Assembly (NCBI RefSeq): GCF_001194135.2
Contig: NC_068984.1
Location: 146,061,208-146,125,207, forward strand
DNA length: 64,000 bases
Source: Octopus bimaculoides
Lineage: Eukaryota
Direction: 5' to 3'
Part shown: positions 1-12,826 of the stretch, in pieces
Layout: every line of letters starts with the position of its first letter
How positions within the stretch are numbered: position 1 is the stretch's first letter
Translations under genes and position numbers: made by a program
Notes under the pieces: generated by a model
What the model saw: the letters and a program-made list of their open reading frames with translations, nothing else
The model's database searches: none
What the model was told of the DNA's origin: nothing

Positions 1-15
1 ATATATATATATATA

Positions 16-283
16 NNNNNNNNNNNNNNNNNNNNNNNNNNNNNNNNNNNNNNNNNNNNNNNNNNNNNNNNNNNNNNNNNNNNNNNNNNNNNNNNNNNNN
101 NNNNNNNNNNNNNNNNNNNNNNNNNNNNNNNNNNNNNNNNNNNNNNNNNNNNNNNNNNNNNNNNNNNNNNNNNNNNNNNNNNNNNNNNNNNNNNNNNNNN
201 NNNNNNNNNNNNNNNNNNNNNNNNNNNNNNNNNNNNNNNNNNNNNNNNNNNNNNNNNNNNNNNNNNNNNNNNNNNNNNNNNNN
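16..283. other. Assembly gap; others at 1914-1931, 6822-6921, 12213-12602, 24032-24141, 24880-24913, 32355-32803, 36404-36869, 46487-46669 and 62987-63580
   Basis: N runs, mostly flanked by microsatellites or repeats. Confidence 1.
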
Positions 284-422
284 TGAATAAATCGATATAT
301 CGAATTTGAAGTCTCTGTCTCTTTTGAATATGAAAATTTAAAAGTTTAAAAACCTTATAATATAAATATAAACTGTGAGAACGACCCTTAAGGAATCTAG
401 TTAATGATCCCCTAAGGTAAGT
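284..422 (+). other. Possible upstream 5' UTR exon ending at 416 (consensus donor AAG|gtaagt)
   Basis: Perfect donor at 417-422. No ATG in frame with the downstream exon. The left boundary is hidden by the gap at 16-283. Confidence 0.3.
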
Positions 423-1939
423 TCTTATGCTATATTGGTAACGGTTGCTACATCCTCTGGAAAATTATTATATATATATATATCGTATCAGAACCGTTAC
501 CCCCCCCCTGGTTAATTACCTCCATCTCCAATATATTAAGAAGTTTTAAATCATCATCTGTTGTTCTCAAGGCTAATTGTCCTTGGGGATGTTATTGTCC
601 ATGGAGGCAGGAATGCCCTAGACTCATATGTATGTATGTATGATGATATATAGCAACTATATTGAAGAAGAGCCATTTAATAACACCAAACTTTAGTTAC
701 ATGACAAAAATTTTGATGCTTCATGAAATAAATTTAAGTTTCTAATGAATTTAACTGCTTTGTGTACTAATAAATGACTCTTTCGTGATGAAGTTGTTTC
801 CTTTTCAATATACAGCCTCAGTAACTCGCTTGACAAGTACAACTCTGAAATATATGTATGTGTATATAAAAAGAGAGAGAGAGAAAGAGGCGTGTCTGTC
901 TATATATATTTTCATGCATTCACTGAAAATCTAGGTGAGGTGATAGTCATTAAGGTTAGACAGAATACCTTGCAGTTTTTTTTTTTCTCTCTCCATTTCC
1001 GTGTTCAGATGTCACCGAGGAGATCATCTTGGCATTTTATCATTTCAGGGTTGATAAAAAAATACTGATCAAAGGCAGTTGGTTGCTGTAACTGTTAAGG
1101 AATCAGATCAGAAACATTACAGTTTCCTGTTGTAGCTCTTTCTATGTGGATGATAAATACCTGCAGTGACCCTGGTGCTGTGTTGGCCGTGCTGTTCCTT
1201 TGGGCATGGGCAGTAGCATACAAAGAAATGGGTTGCATGTATCAGCAATTACTGACCTTCCACCTTTCCAAGGCCTGTGGCTCGGAGAGGAACTTACCAG
1301 GTGCAGCAATCCATGGTCAGCTATGACTACATAAAGCCCTGCTACTTAGGGAGAGAGAGAGGGGCTCTCTTATCACTTGAATGAATGAAGCTTCAGCTGG
1401 ACATAACTGCACAGTTTTCTTATTTTTATGTTTTGTCATGTCACCTGATGCAGGAATTTAGGCCTATCTACGATTTGCAGATCTGGTTGCAGACACTGCA
1501 ATAGTGCCATAATGAAATAAGATGTTCAGCCATAAAACTCAATATAATGACAGCAAGCCAGCAACAGATTTAAACACTTATCTATAAGTTGGTAGTTAAA
1601 TATTTTATTTACTCAGTCATTTCAACTCTAGTAAAATATAACAATGCCATCCTCAGCCTGAGTTTTTGGCTTTTATTTGAAGGATTCGAAGGTTTTGGCA
1701 TTCGAGAAACGTTGGGTCTAAAGTTGGTCTTCCCTTCTGTAAGGCTGTGTGTGTTTCTTTCTGCTTTGAAAGATGAATGGTTCATAACCTGTAATGTTTA
1801 CTGCCACTGCAATGATGAATGCAGGCAGGTAAAGCACAGCTAAAACTCCCTCGCTGCACTCAGTTATCCTCCTACTCATCATGCCTACGCTCTCTCTCTC
1901 TCTCCCCCCCCCCNNNNNNNNNNNNNNNNNNCCCTCACA

Positions 1940-2580
1940 GCCATTATTTCAGTCTGCACTAATTCTTTAACCTTACACCACTCCTACCAACCTCATTGTT
2001 TCTATTAATTGCTTCCCCCCACCACTTCAACTACAGCCTGCACAAATACTTCATCACCACAGCCAGCACTAGTTCTTTACCACCACCACCACCATCATCA
2101 TCAGTTTTTTCAACACAAATCACCACGGCTGCACTAATTCTTCACAAACGCCATCATCACAGCCTGCATCAGTTCTTCAGCATCAATGCCATCACAACTG
2201 CACTAGTTCTTCATCAGCACCACCACCATCACTACAGCCTGCACTACTTTTTCACCACCACCACCACCACAGTATGCAGTAATTCTTCACCACTCCAACC
2301 CTGCCTCCACCATCACCACCACCACCACAATCTTCACAGATCTTTTTCTATCATCATCATCATCACAACAATTTGCAGTAAACCTTCACTGCCGCTGCCA
2401 CAGATTGCACCATTCTTCACTATTCCACCACCACCACCACCACCACAGCTGGCAGTAGTTCTCCAGTATCATTACCATCTGCATCAATTCTTCACTCCCA
2501 GAAGTCAGTACTAGTTTTTCATCAGTCAAACATGCCATTTTGTCTTTCACTCCTGTTCTTCACTCTTCTCTCACCAGCCT
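1940..2580. repeat. Degenerate minisatellite / (CAC)n-rich low-complexity tract
   Basis: Recurring core acagcctgcactagttcttcaccaccacc. Confidence 0.7.
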
Positions 2581-5212
2581 GTATTAATCCACACCTAGGT
2601 GACAAGGGTATTCCGATCAATTCACTTTAGGTTCATTGTCAACAGAGTGAGATGCTGCAACTGCCAGTTGATCATTGTCCCATTAATCTCCAGATGGACG
2701 AAAGAAAAACCTTCAACAATACCAGCACTGATTAGCAATAACCACAACAAAGTCTTCAAAAAAAAAATAAAGAAAACATTAAATATTAACAGAAATGTAC
2801 TTATTAATTACATTATTAATAATGTACAACAACGATAATAATAATAATTGTTTTACACCTAATCTTTCTGCAAAGCCTGAAATAACATTGATGCCAGAAC
2901 TCAACTGCTATTTCTTTTACTTCAACCACATGTGGCATTTCCATGTGTCCCTGCAGTCACTATTTCTGATTTATATTTTGTTTTTAACACAAAAAAATCT
3001 ATCAAGAGATTTTATCTCAGACAATTCCACAGCATCATGTCAGTGTGTATACACAAATGGCAAGTGTAATTATAAGCTCTTTCAGTTGCCCACACTGAAT
3101 TTTTATGTGTGTGTGTGTGTGTGTGCATGTGTCCGTATGTGCATTATATATATGTGTGTGGATAGATATTGGGGGAGGCAAGGTACATGCATCTTTTTAC
3201 AGCCTGTCTTCATATATCATTATTTACATGGATTGCTGGAGTAAAATTTTGTTTAGCTTTAAATATTTATATTTTCATCTCCAGGTTCTTGTGTAAGAAT
3301 CTCCAAATACATACGAATGAGTGGCATGCCAACGTTTGACATCCTGGCCTCGAATCTCCTCTATTATTCCTACATATCATCACAATCATCGTCATCATCT
3401 CCCTCATCCATCCATTCATTCACAAAACTCATTGAAGCTCACATTTGTGATTTAACATTATCCATGCTCCAGATGCATTGAAGCATCCTTATTATCTATA
3501 GCTATGAATTCTCATGGGGACGGTTTAAAGATGCATAAAAGCATAGGAGTGCTACTGGGACTTCATAGATGCTTAAGGGATGCTTATGCGAATCTGTGGA
3601 ATGGATAGTGTTAAAGGAAAAGCTTTGTAGATTATGGCACAGATTACTAACACCACACCTAACTCACCTGAGAAGGTGGACTATAATAACTCATGAATAG
3701 AGTTAAATTCAACATGGATATGATGTTACTACACTGGTCAGTCTAACTATGCAGCCACTGTTGTTTGACCACTTCTCATGCTTATTCGATAAGACTTTAT
3801 ACCCAACACGGATTTACCCGGATTAGACATAAGGCCCTGTTAGTATTCCCAAGAGTATTAACAGTGGAAAATGATAAGTAAGAGTTATGTTGCATCCTCT
3901 GTCAGGACGCAAAATCACAATGCAGTTGGGGTCGTGGCATAGCTGTTTTTTTTAAGAAATTATTTCACAGCCAAATGGTTTTGGTTTCAATCCCAATGCA
4001 CAGCTCCTTGGGCAAACGTGATGTGTGTTCTATTGTCCTCGGCTGATCAAAATCTTGTGATTGAATTTGCTAGACTGACACTGCATAAAGGCCAGATTGT
4101 GTGGGTGTGTGTGTGTGTGTGTATCATGTTCATCATTTAACATCTACTTTTTCATGTCTGCATGGGTCAGATGGAATTTGTTGGGGCAGGTTTTCCCATG
4201 CCCTTCTTGTTACCAGCACTCGATGGTTTCTGAGGAAGGTAATAAATAATCCCCCCATTCCTCAGAAGATTGGCAATGAACAATATTACTTGTCTGGTCG
4301 GGATCCTCGCTTACAGCCATCTCTAGATGCCTAGATAAGGGTACGCACACACACGCACGCACGCACACGCGCACACACACACACACACGACAGACTTCTT
4401 CCAGTTTCCATCCACCAATTCCACTCACAAGATGTTGTTAGGGTGTGACTACAGTAGAGGTGTCATGCGGTGGGACTGAACCCGGAACCATATGGTTGAG
4501 AAGTAAGCTTCTTAACCACACAGCCACACTTGCACCCATGTGTGTGTGTGTGTGTGTGTTGCGCATGTCTGTGTATATGTTTACATTCTGTGATTACACA
4601 AAAAATTGCTGAGCCATGGATAATATTGTCTTGTAATTTCCCAGCCAGGCAATTATCTAATAATTTTGTGCTTTTAAAGACGAGTAAATAGGATGACACC
4701 CCCATCCCTACCCCTACACTTACTTGAACAGGTAAGGGTTAGTGGCAGGGAAGGGCAAAACACTGCCTCAACATGTATGCGAACCACCTACACTTTTTCC
4801 TTCAAAATAAGGGTAGTTTATCCTGTTTAGGCTATATTATTAGCATTGTCCTGCGATTGAGAATTTAAAATCACTTCTTTATGTATGTATTCATCTGATC
4901 CATGCTAGCAGGGAGAAACAGACATAAAATGAAAAAATCATTCAGCCTGCTAGAAAAAGCAGCCAAATCATCTTCAATTCACCTCTTGCTTCCACTACAC
5001 ACACACACATGCATGCATGCGCACACACTGTTGACTTAAAAAAGAAAGTGAGAAATCACATCAGATATACTTGAGAGAAAAGAATAAAGACATGTTGGTT
5101 GCAACTGGAATCCCTTTGAATACATGTGGCCACCAGCAACAACAACAACAACAACATTGCCAATGCAACATGTAGAACATGCTGCTGCTGCTCTTCAGTG
5201 CCTGCCAATGCT

Positions 5213-5213
5213 A

Positions 5214-5266
<53 letters not shown>
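5213..5266. repeat. (TAT)n microsatellite, representative of many plus-strand (ATT)n tracts
   Basis: Direct reading; others at 18990, 36090, 37090, 49840, 50325 and 60060. Confidence 0.95.
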
Positions 5267-5267
<1 letters not shown>

Positions 5268-6085
5268 GTAAATATTGATTTCTGACATTGGCACATGGCT
5301 AGAAACTGGTAGGTAAGGACAAGCTTGTCAGATATTATGGTTAACTCCAAGCAGATGGAAACCAATGTCTGCTTCAGCAGAACTTAGTGGAATAAAAACA
5401 AACAATGTCAACCCACTTCATCCAAAATGTAAACCATTTGTGCCGTTCTATATTGTTAACCCACAATAACTTGTCACTATTCTCTTAGAGATTCTTTCTA
5501 TCATTATTATCTGCTATTGTTATTTCCTATCTTTGAAGACGGTCAGCCGGTTGAATCCCTTAGCATGCTGGACAAAATGTCTAGTGGCATTTCTTCTGGC
5601 TCTTCAAGTCGACTTTGGCTTTCATCCTTTCACGGTCAGTCAATAGAATAAACACTTCTTAAACCCTAGGGGTTTTCGTAATTGACTAAACCCCTTCTTA
5701 TTTCTTGCCTTCTGCCAAAATTTGAAACCAAAGGCAGTGTGCTGGCATAATTATTAGAGCAGTGTCAAAAAATGCTTTGCAGTATTTCTTCCGATTCACT
5801 CTGTTCTGAGTTAAAATCCTTCTGAGGTCAACTATACTTTTCCTCCTTTGTGGGAGTCGATAAAAATTTTAAATAATTATTTCCTTTTTGTACATCACTG
5901 GTTTTCATTTTGGATAAATGTCTTGAAATTTTTCATACATTAATTCGTCACTGCTTTTTGTACATATAAATGTTATTTTGTTATATCATGCTTTGTATTA
6001 AAAAATAAGCTAGAAATGTGGTCCAATCAATGTGTTGGTTAATCTGTGGTTTTCTCCATTTTCTAATTATTTGCATTTGTGTATG

Positions 6086-6143
<58 letters not shown>

Positions 6144-6341
6144 AAGGAAGGAAACAAAGGACCACTGATGAGGTCACAGAAGTGTGATGAAAGAACTCTG
6201 GCCAAAATAAGATTAAGATTAATGTAATATAAAGCTGAAGCAAATTAACACCAAATATACAGTGCGTGTGTTTTTATTGGCTAAACTGGCAATATGACCA
6301 TCCCCAAGTACAACAACATATATATATATATATATAAATAA

Positions 6342-6716
6342 AGCACAGGTGTGACTGTGTGGTATGTAGCTTGCTTCCCAACCACATGGTTCTGGGTTCT
6401 GTACCACTGCATGACACCTTGGGCAAGTGACTTCTATAACCTCAGGCCAACCAAAGCCTTGTGAGTGGATTTGGTAGACAGAAACTGAAAGAAGCCCTCA
6501 ACACATGCACATATATATATATCTGTGTGTTTTTGTGTCTGTTTTTCTCACTGCCACCGCTTGACAACTTATAACCTAGCAGTTTGGCAAAAAAGACCGA
6601 TAGAATTAGTACCAGGCTTTAAAAAAAAAAAAGGACTGGGGTCAATTCATTTGACAAAATATTGAAGGCGGTGCACCAGCATGGCCACAGTGTAATGACT
6701 GAAACAGATAAAAGAT
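6342..6716 (+). mobile_element. tRNA-derived SINE family A (CORE-like middle, tail type A1)
   Basis: Head gtgactgtgtggta...ggttctgtaccactgc, CORE-like accttgggcaagtg, tail ...atgactgaaaca..aaaaga; same layout as 13810 and 42143. Confidence 0.85.
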
Positions 6717-8046
6717 ATGTAGATTGATTAAACAGATATTTTGTTCTCTGCCATGTGAGAAAGAAGAAAGGAGAGAATGAAGTAGAGACAGAGAAAAAGA
6801 ACTAGTGAGAGAGGGGGGGGGNNNNNNNNNNNNNNNNNNNNNNNNNNNNNNNNNNNNNNNNNNNNNNNNNNNNNNNNNNNNNNNNNNNNNNNNNNNNNNN
6901 NNNNNNNNNNNNNNNNNNNNNGATCTTATTATTCTGCCAAGGTCGACTTTGCCTTTCATCCTTTCAGGGTCGATAAATTAAGTCCCAATTGCGTACTGGG
7001 GTCAATCTAATCGACTGGCCCCGCCTCCCCTAAAATTTCAGGCCTTGTGCTTAGAGTAGAAAAGATTATTTGGGTGTTTTCCTGGTGTTGTGAACAGAAA
7101 ATGAAATTTTGATAGAAGCTTTTATTTAAATCACTTTAAAATAAGGAGTTTGTATCATTGTACCAGGGGCATTCTTGGGTAGATTGGAATCAAAATGGTT
7201 GAAGTGGTGAGAGGCAGCCATGTTTTTCTGGGAACTTAAGGAAATGGGTTTTTGTGTGTTGGATAAGAAGTTTCTTCTTGAATAGGGATTTTGTTTAATT
7301 GTTTTGGAAGGGTCCATTATGTCAATCAGGTTTGAAAGTCCTTTTGTTACCATTTGTGATTTAATCAGTGGCATACCTTCTCTATTCCGTGTCTACTTCA
7401 AGCAAACCTTGCTGATTGATTAATGACTAATCAAACAGTCAGTTATTTGATTAAATGCTAACGAACTGACTAATAATAATAAAAGTGAAACGTAACCTGT
7501 GCATGGGTTTATTGTTGGCATAATGACTCTCCCAAGAGATAACAAAATCTGTTCCAACACACGAGTTCACATTAAGAATCTTGCAAACCTAATACAATAA
7601 CAAAAGATCTTGTTTCAAATCTACTTAAGATTTGGAATCAGAGCTAAGAATTAGTTGCAAGCCTGTTGCTCATGAAAGCAAATATTTAGGCAAAAAGGGT
7701 AATTAAAGCAAAAGAAATTCTCGTTCTTTTGTAACTCAGCCCCCCCCTCCCTGTTTCTCTGGAAAGTATTTTGCAAATTACGTGTATGTGTGTGTAGATT
7801 GTTTGAAGTGGTTTGAAGTGGTGTACAGATTCTGTCTATTAAGAAATAGGGAGTAGTGGGAATTATGGACAATTATTTACTTAGTCTTTCATCAGAATTG
7901 ATTTTGCAGGAAATTTACGCCTTTTTATACACGCCTATATGTTAGATGGAAAAAATCTGGAGTTGAATGGGGAAGAGAATGTTCTTATGTCATATGTGTG
8001 TATGGATGCATGTTTGTAAGTATGTAGTGAATTTTTGGAGGCTTGG

Positions 8047-8261
8047 TTAACCCTTTCGTTACCAACCTGGCTGCAAAAGGCTCTGGCTCTGAGTACAAAT
8101 GTCTTGTTTTCATAAGTTTTGAATTAAAATCTTCCACCAAACCTTAGTCACAATTTATGTTCCCAACACTAGCTTAATGATAACTAAGTTATTTTACTAA
8201 ATTCTTTGTTATATTTAAAGTAATTGATAGAAACACAGAAATACAGTAACAAAAGGGTTAA
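8047..8261. mobile_element. piggyBac-type MITE (TTAA TSD; TIR ccctttYgttac)
   Basis: ttaa-ccctttcgttac ... gtaacaaaaggg-ttaa. Confidence 0.85.
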
Positions 8262-8264
8262 CAT

Positions 8265-8306
<42 letters not shown>

Positions 8307-8931
8307 GTATGTATGTATGTATGTATGTGTGTGTGTGTATGTAAATATATATATATTCCGCTGAGGTTGACTTTGCCTTTCATCCTTTCAGGGTTGATTA
8401 AATAAGTACCAGTTACGCACTAGGGACTGTGTAATTGACTTAATCCCTTCCCCTAAAATTGAGGCCTTGTGCTTCCAAGTAGAAAGGATATATATTTTTT
8501 TATCAACAAGCTATTTTTGCACCATGTTACATTATCTATATGCTCTTACACAAACTCCATCTGGCTTGTGCAACCTTTCAGATATGTTTGGACTAATGCC
8601 CCCCCCCCCACTCCACTCATTAAATTTTTATGGAAATAACTACAGAATACAAGGACTTTGATAATGTACGCTTGACATAAAGTTTTGCAAAGAGCCTTTG
8701 TAGTTACAACCAAAAGCCCAATGGGGTTACTTCCATTGGAGTCCTTCATTAAGGTGCGTTGGATGAGAAATCTTGTAGAATGACTGTGACAGAGTACATT
8801 GCTGCTTCTGTTGTAGTGGGATGGTGTTTGAGGGGTGGGGAAGTCAAGGCTTGGCCATGAACGGAAGGCTTTTTTTTCTCGATTGAAGTCTGAGTAATGT
8901 GTGTTTGTATGTGCTTATGTAAATTTGTACA

Positions 8932-8965
<34 letters not shown>

Positions 8966-10769
8966 CATTTGTGTGTGTGTGTGTGCAAGCATCATCTTAG
9001 ATGTATGGGCTGAGCATAAAGTAAACGACATCCAAATTTGTTGTGGCTATTTTTGTTTAACAACAAAACAATAAACATTGAAGACAGATTACATACACGA
9101 GGCAGTGTAGTGTAGCTTCCAGTGTTAGTAAGTACATTTGGGTGGGTTTGAAAGTAAAACAGACTCATCCAAATAGAAAGTGTGGACGGGGACATTAAAT
9201 GTCATTTGCATAGGCCTTTGTTAATAAGAATAAATTGAGCACTCCTTCCACTGCCCACACCAGTTGTTGCACTAAAAGGACAGGTAATAATTGGCTTATG
9301 GGTGGAGTTGTGACTTCATCATCAGTGTCAGCATTATCTTTCATTGATTTTGTGGTATCTTGTTTAGGATTCATATTTATGGCATCTTAATTAATGACAT
9401 GTTCACAAATATGTAATGTAAATGCACATATCATTATCATCATCAACCCCTGGATATTAGTCTCTTGAGTCCTTGGACTTACAGGACCAATTTCCTAGTT
9501 TTCATGACATACAAGTGACCAAGATCACAACATTCCCCCTGGACGAAGTGACATCAGTCCATTGCAGGGTTACTCATTTATAACTGGCTGGACTTCAGCG
9601 GCACCAAATGAAGTGTTTTACTCACAAACACAATACACCACCTGGTCTTAGAATTGCAAGAGCAACACCCTATCCACTGGGCCTCATGCCTTCATATGTA
9701 CATATGTGGTGTGTGTTATGACTTAGTCCTGGCGGGTGAGCTGTGTCTCTCCATAATAACCTGTTCACATCATCTCACACTTGAGCAAAAGGGTAACTGG
9801 GGAAAGTTCAGCATTACTAATCTTCAGGTCAACAGCTTCAAGAGATCAAGACATTAACGACTAAGTGAGTGAAGGAATTTGGGCAGAAGGAATGGATTGA
9901 ATGTCTCCTACAGGATCTGAAAATGGATCTGGTAGATCAAAAGTGATGGGAACAGAAAATGTGCTACTGGTTTACAAGAAGAGAAATTGGCAATCTTTGG
10001 TTCTAAGTAGATGTGTCTGCAGGAGTAATAATGAAATAAAACAATGTGAGAAAATGCGAAAATAGACTTGGGTGTTCCAAGTAAGCAAAACAAATATGTA
10101 AATAAAAGTCATTTATTTAACCTCATTAAATGGAAAGCGGTAGCAATGGGAGAGGGGACAGGACTGAGGGGAGGGTCATGGTGCTACTAAGAACAATGAC
10201 ACATACACACACATAGATGCAAATGCATGTGCATATAAGGATACACATAGAAGAACAGAATGTGTGCAAGAGCACACACGAAGACATATAGTGTTGCTGA
10301 AGAGGTCACAGATGTGTGACGAAAGATTTCCAGACAATAGACATAAATTAGAATAGGAACAGTAATAAACGAGTAAAGAATGAATGTTTATTTGGCAAAA
10401 ACAAAAAAAAGTATGACTATCCCAAAATACAACAATATCTGTTTCAACACACAACATCAGGTATTCTACAACACAAAATTGATAAATGTATTAATTTAAT
10501 ATTCTCTTTAAATCTTTTCTAATTTTTTAGGAATGTTTCCATTTTTATTAGTCGTAGTAGTATCCTTTAGGGATTGGTTTATTTTTCTGGTAATCCTTCA
10601 GAGAAGTGCACCAGAATGATTATCATTTTATTTGTAGGCTTTTCCAAGTCATTAAAAGTGTTGCTATTAAAATATTAAATCTTTAAATTAATTAAAATAA
10701 AATACGAGTTATTAGACAGATTATCTGATAAGTGACTGGTAAGTATTTATGTATTTGTTCCACTTATTC

Positions 10770-11028
10770 AGGGTCCCCAAGTCTATTTGTGCATTTTTTT
10801 TCTGGATTGTTTCGTTTTGTTATTAGTTCCATGGGTACATGTATCTGAAACCAAAGATTACCCAGAAGTCTTTGAGAAAGTGAAAAAGGAGAGTTCGTGC
10901 CAGTCGCATGGCCAAACATCATTGAAAGTTTCATCTGAATCCATCCAGAGGTTCTTGAGATATCTTGTCCACAGACAAACAAGCACGACTGAAAACAGTA
11001 CCTCCGCCTTAGCAAAGGCAGAGGTAAT
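10770..11028 (-). mobile_element. HINE/DINE-1-like (Helentron-associated) non-autonomous element
   Basis: Terminal hairpin tacctccgcctt-agca-aaggcagaggta (10999-11026), then on the minus strand gtttgtctgt..gatatctcaagaacc..ggatggattcagatgaaacttt. Confidence 0.65.
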
Positions 11029-11871
11029 GACGATACATCGTAGATCAAGTGTTTCCATTTTAGTGTCACAGTTGCTTTGAGTTTCAAACTATTTTTGACT
11101 TTAAAAATGGATTCCTACCAACTTAAGAAATCATTAACACTGTTGTTACAATCATCATCACCATCATCATCACCATCATCAGTTCATTCCTTTATTGCTA
11201 TATTTACTTGTTGGTTTTTATGTAACTATTTTTATTACATCTGTTTTGATCCTGAGTCGGTATTTTTCCTGCAAAAAAAACAAAACAAACAAAACAACCC
11301 CTTCCCCAAAGAATTCATACACTGTCCGTTTGAGTGTAGAGCAGCTGGTCTTTGAGTTTGGAAACACATCAAGGAGAGAGAACGGATGGACAGAGAGATA
11401 AGAGAAGACACAGCAGAGAACTGGTTGGCTGCTCCAATATTTGCTATTGCTGCATGTTATTGGTTGGTGGTTACCCTAAATCTCTGGCATATTGATTTTC
11501 ACATTGTCTAGTAGCAGAACATTTTTCTCACTTCATCTCTCTCTCTCTCTCTCTCTCACATGCTGTCTCTTTCAAGTGTATGTGTATGTACTTATAGAAG
11601 ACAGGTAATAATGCTAATAATAATAATGATAATTATTATTATTATTACTAAAATGCTCTTACTCCGAGCTCTAAGAGAAAGCATCTCTGCTTTCAATTAC
11701 ATTTGCACAAACGAAAGACAATTCAGAATCAGCAAATGTATTTGTACACACACACACATTGTTTGTGTTTATGTTGTGTGTCAAATTACATCAGAGATGA
11801 TCTTCCACTGGTAATCATACAAACCAGTATCATGGGAGGGTCGGTTACTGGTGACAAAACTGACCACACCA

Positions 11872-11915
<44 letters not shown>

Positions 11916-12080
11916 GTGTATGTATATATGTGTGTGTGTGTATGTATATGTGTGTGTGTGTATGTATATATGTGTGTGTATATGTATATATGTGTGTGTA
12001 TATGTATATATGTGTGTATGTATGTATATATATATATATATATTTGTATATGTATGTATATATATATATATATTTGTATA
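11872..12080. repeat. Compound (TC)n-(TG/TA)n microsatellite
   Basis: Direct reading. Confidence 0.95.
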
Positions 12081-12789
12081 TGACCGAGACCTTTGGAAAT
12101 GTGCTGTGCGTGAGAAGACCCGGCAAGCCAAGTAAGATCGTTGCCAGTGCCCCTGGACTGGCTCTTGTGCGGGTGGCACATGAGATGCACCATTTTGAGC
12201 GTGGCCGTTGCCNNNNNNNNNNNNNNNNNNNNNNNNNNNNNNNNNNNNNNNNNNNNNNNNNNNNNNNNNNNNNNNNNNNNNNNNNNNNNNNNNNNNNNNN
12301 NNNNNNNNNNNNNNNNNNNNNNNNNNNNNNNNNNNNNNNNNNNNNNNNNNNNNNNNNNNNNNNNNNNNNNNNNNNNNNNNNNNNNNNNNNNNNNNNNNNN
12401 NNNNNNNNNNNNNNNNNNNNNNNNNNNNNNNNNNNNNNNNNNNNNNNNNNNNNNNNNNNNNNNNNNNNNNNNNNNNNNNNNNNNNNNNNNNNNNNNNNNN
12501 NNNNNNNNNNNNNNNNNNNNNNNNNNNNNNNNNNNNNNNNNNNNNNNNNNNNNNNNNNNNNNNNNNNNNNNNNNNNNNNNNNNNNNNNNNNNNNNNNNNN
12601 NNGACACTTAAAAGCACCTACTACACTCTCTGAGTGGTTGGCGTTAGGAAGGGCATCCAGCTGTAGAAACTCTGCCAAATTTAGATTGGAGCCTGGTGTT
12701 GCCATCCGGTTTCACCAGTCCTCAGTCAAATCGTCCAACCCATGCTAGCATGGAAAGCGGACGTTAAACGATGATGATGATGATGATGA

Positions 12790-12792
<3 letters not shown>
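12081..12792 (+). mobile_element. RTE LINE 3' end spanning a gap
   Basis: DRDLWKCAVREKTRQAK* matches the ORF2 end at about 17450-17500; tail ...ggacgttaaacgatgatg. Confidence 0.85.

Positions 12793-12826
<34 letters not shown>

Noticed and set aside
1009-1060. Acceptor-like cag|ATG (MSPRRSSW...) as a first coding exon
   Set aside because: The sequence is a decayed SINE B core (gccgagg..ttgcctttcatc..ggttgataaa); no good donor or homology
7126-7374. 82-aa minus-strand ORF
   Set aside because: An adjacent frame gives HGCLSPL, resembling RT QGC.LSP; probably a decayed LINE
10787-11080. 97-aa ORF with splice sites as a ZMYND8 exon
   Set aside because: It lies within a HINE-like repeat and its phase 0 end is incompatible with the phase 2 start of exon 16374
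11781-12748. Long ORFs spanning N runs (also at 24-25, 32, 46 and 63 kb)
   Set aside because: Artefacts of gaps and microsatellites lacking stop codons
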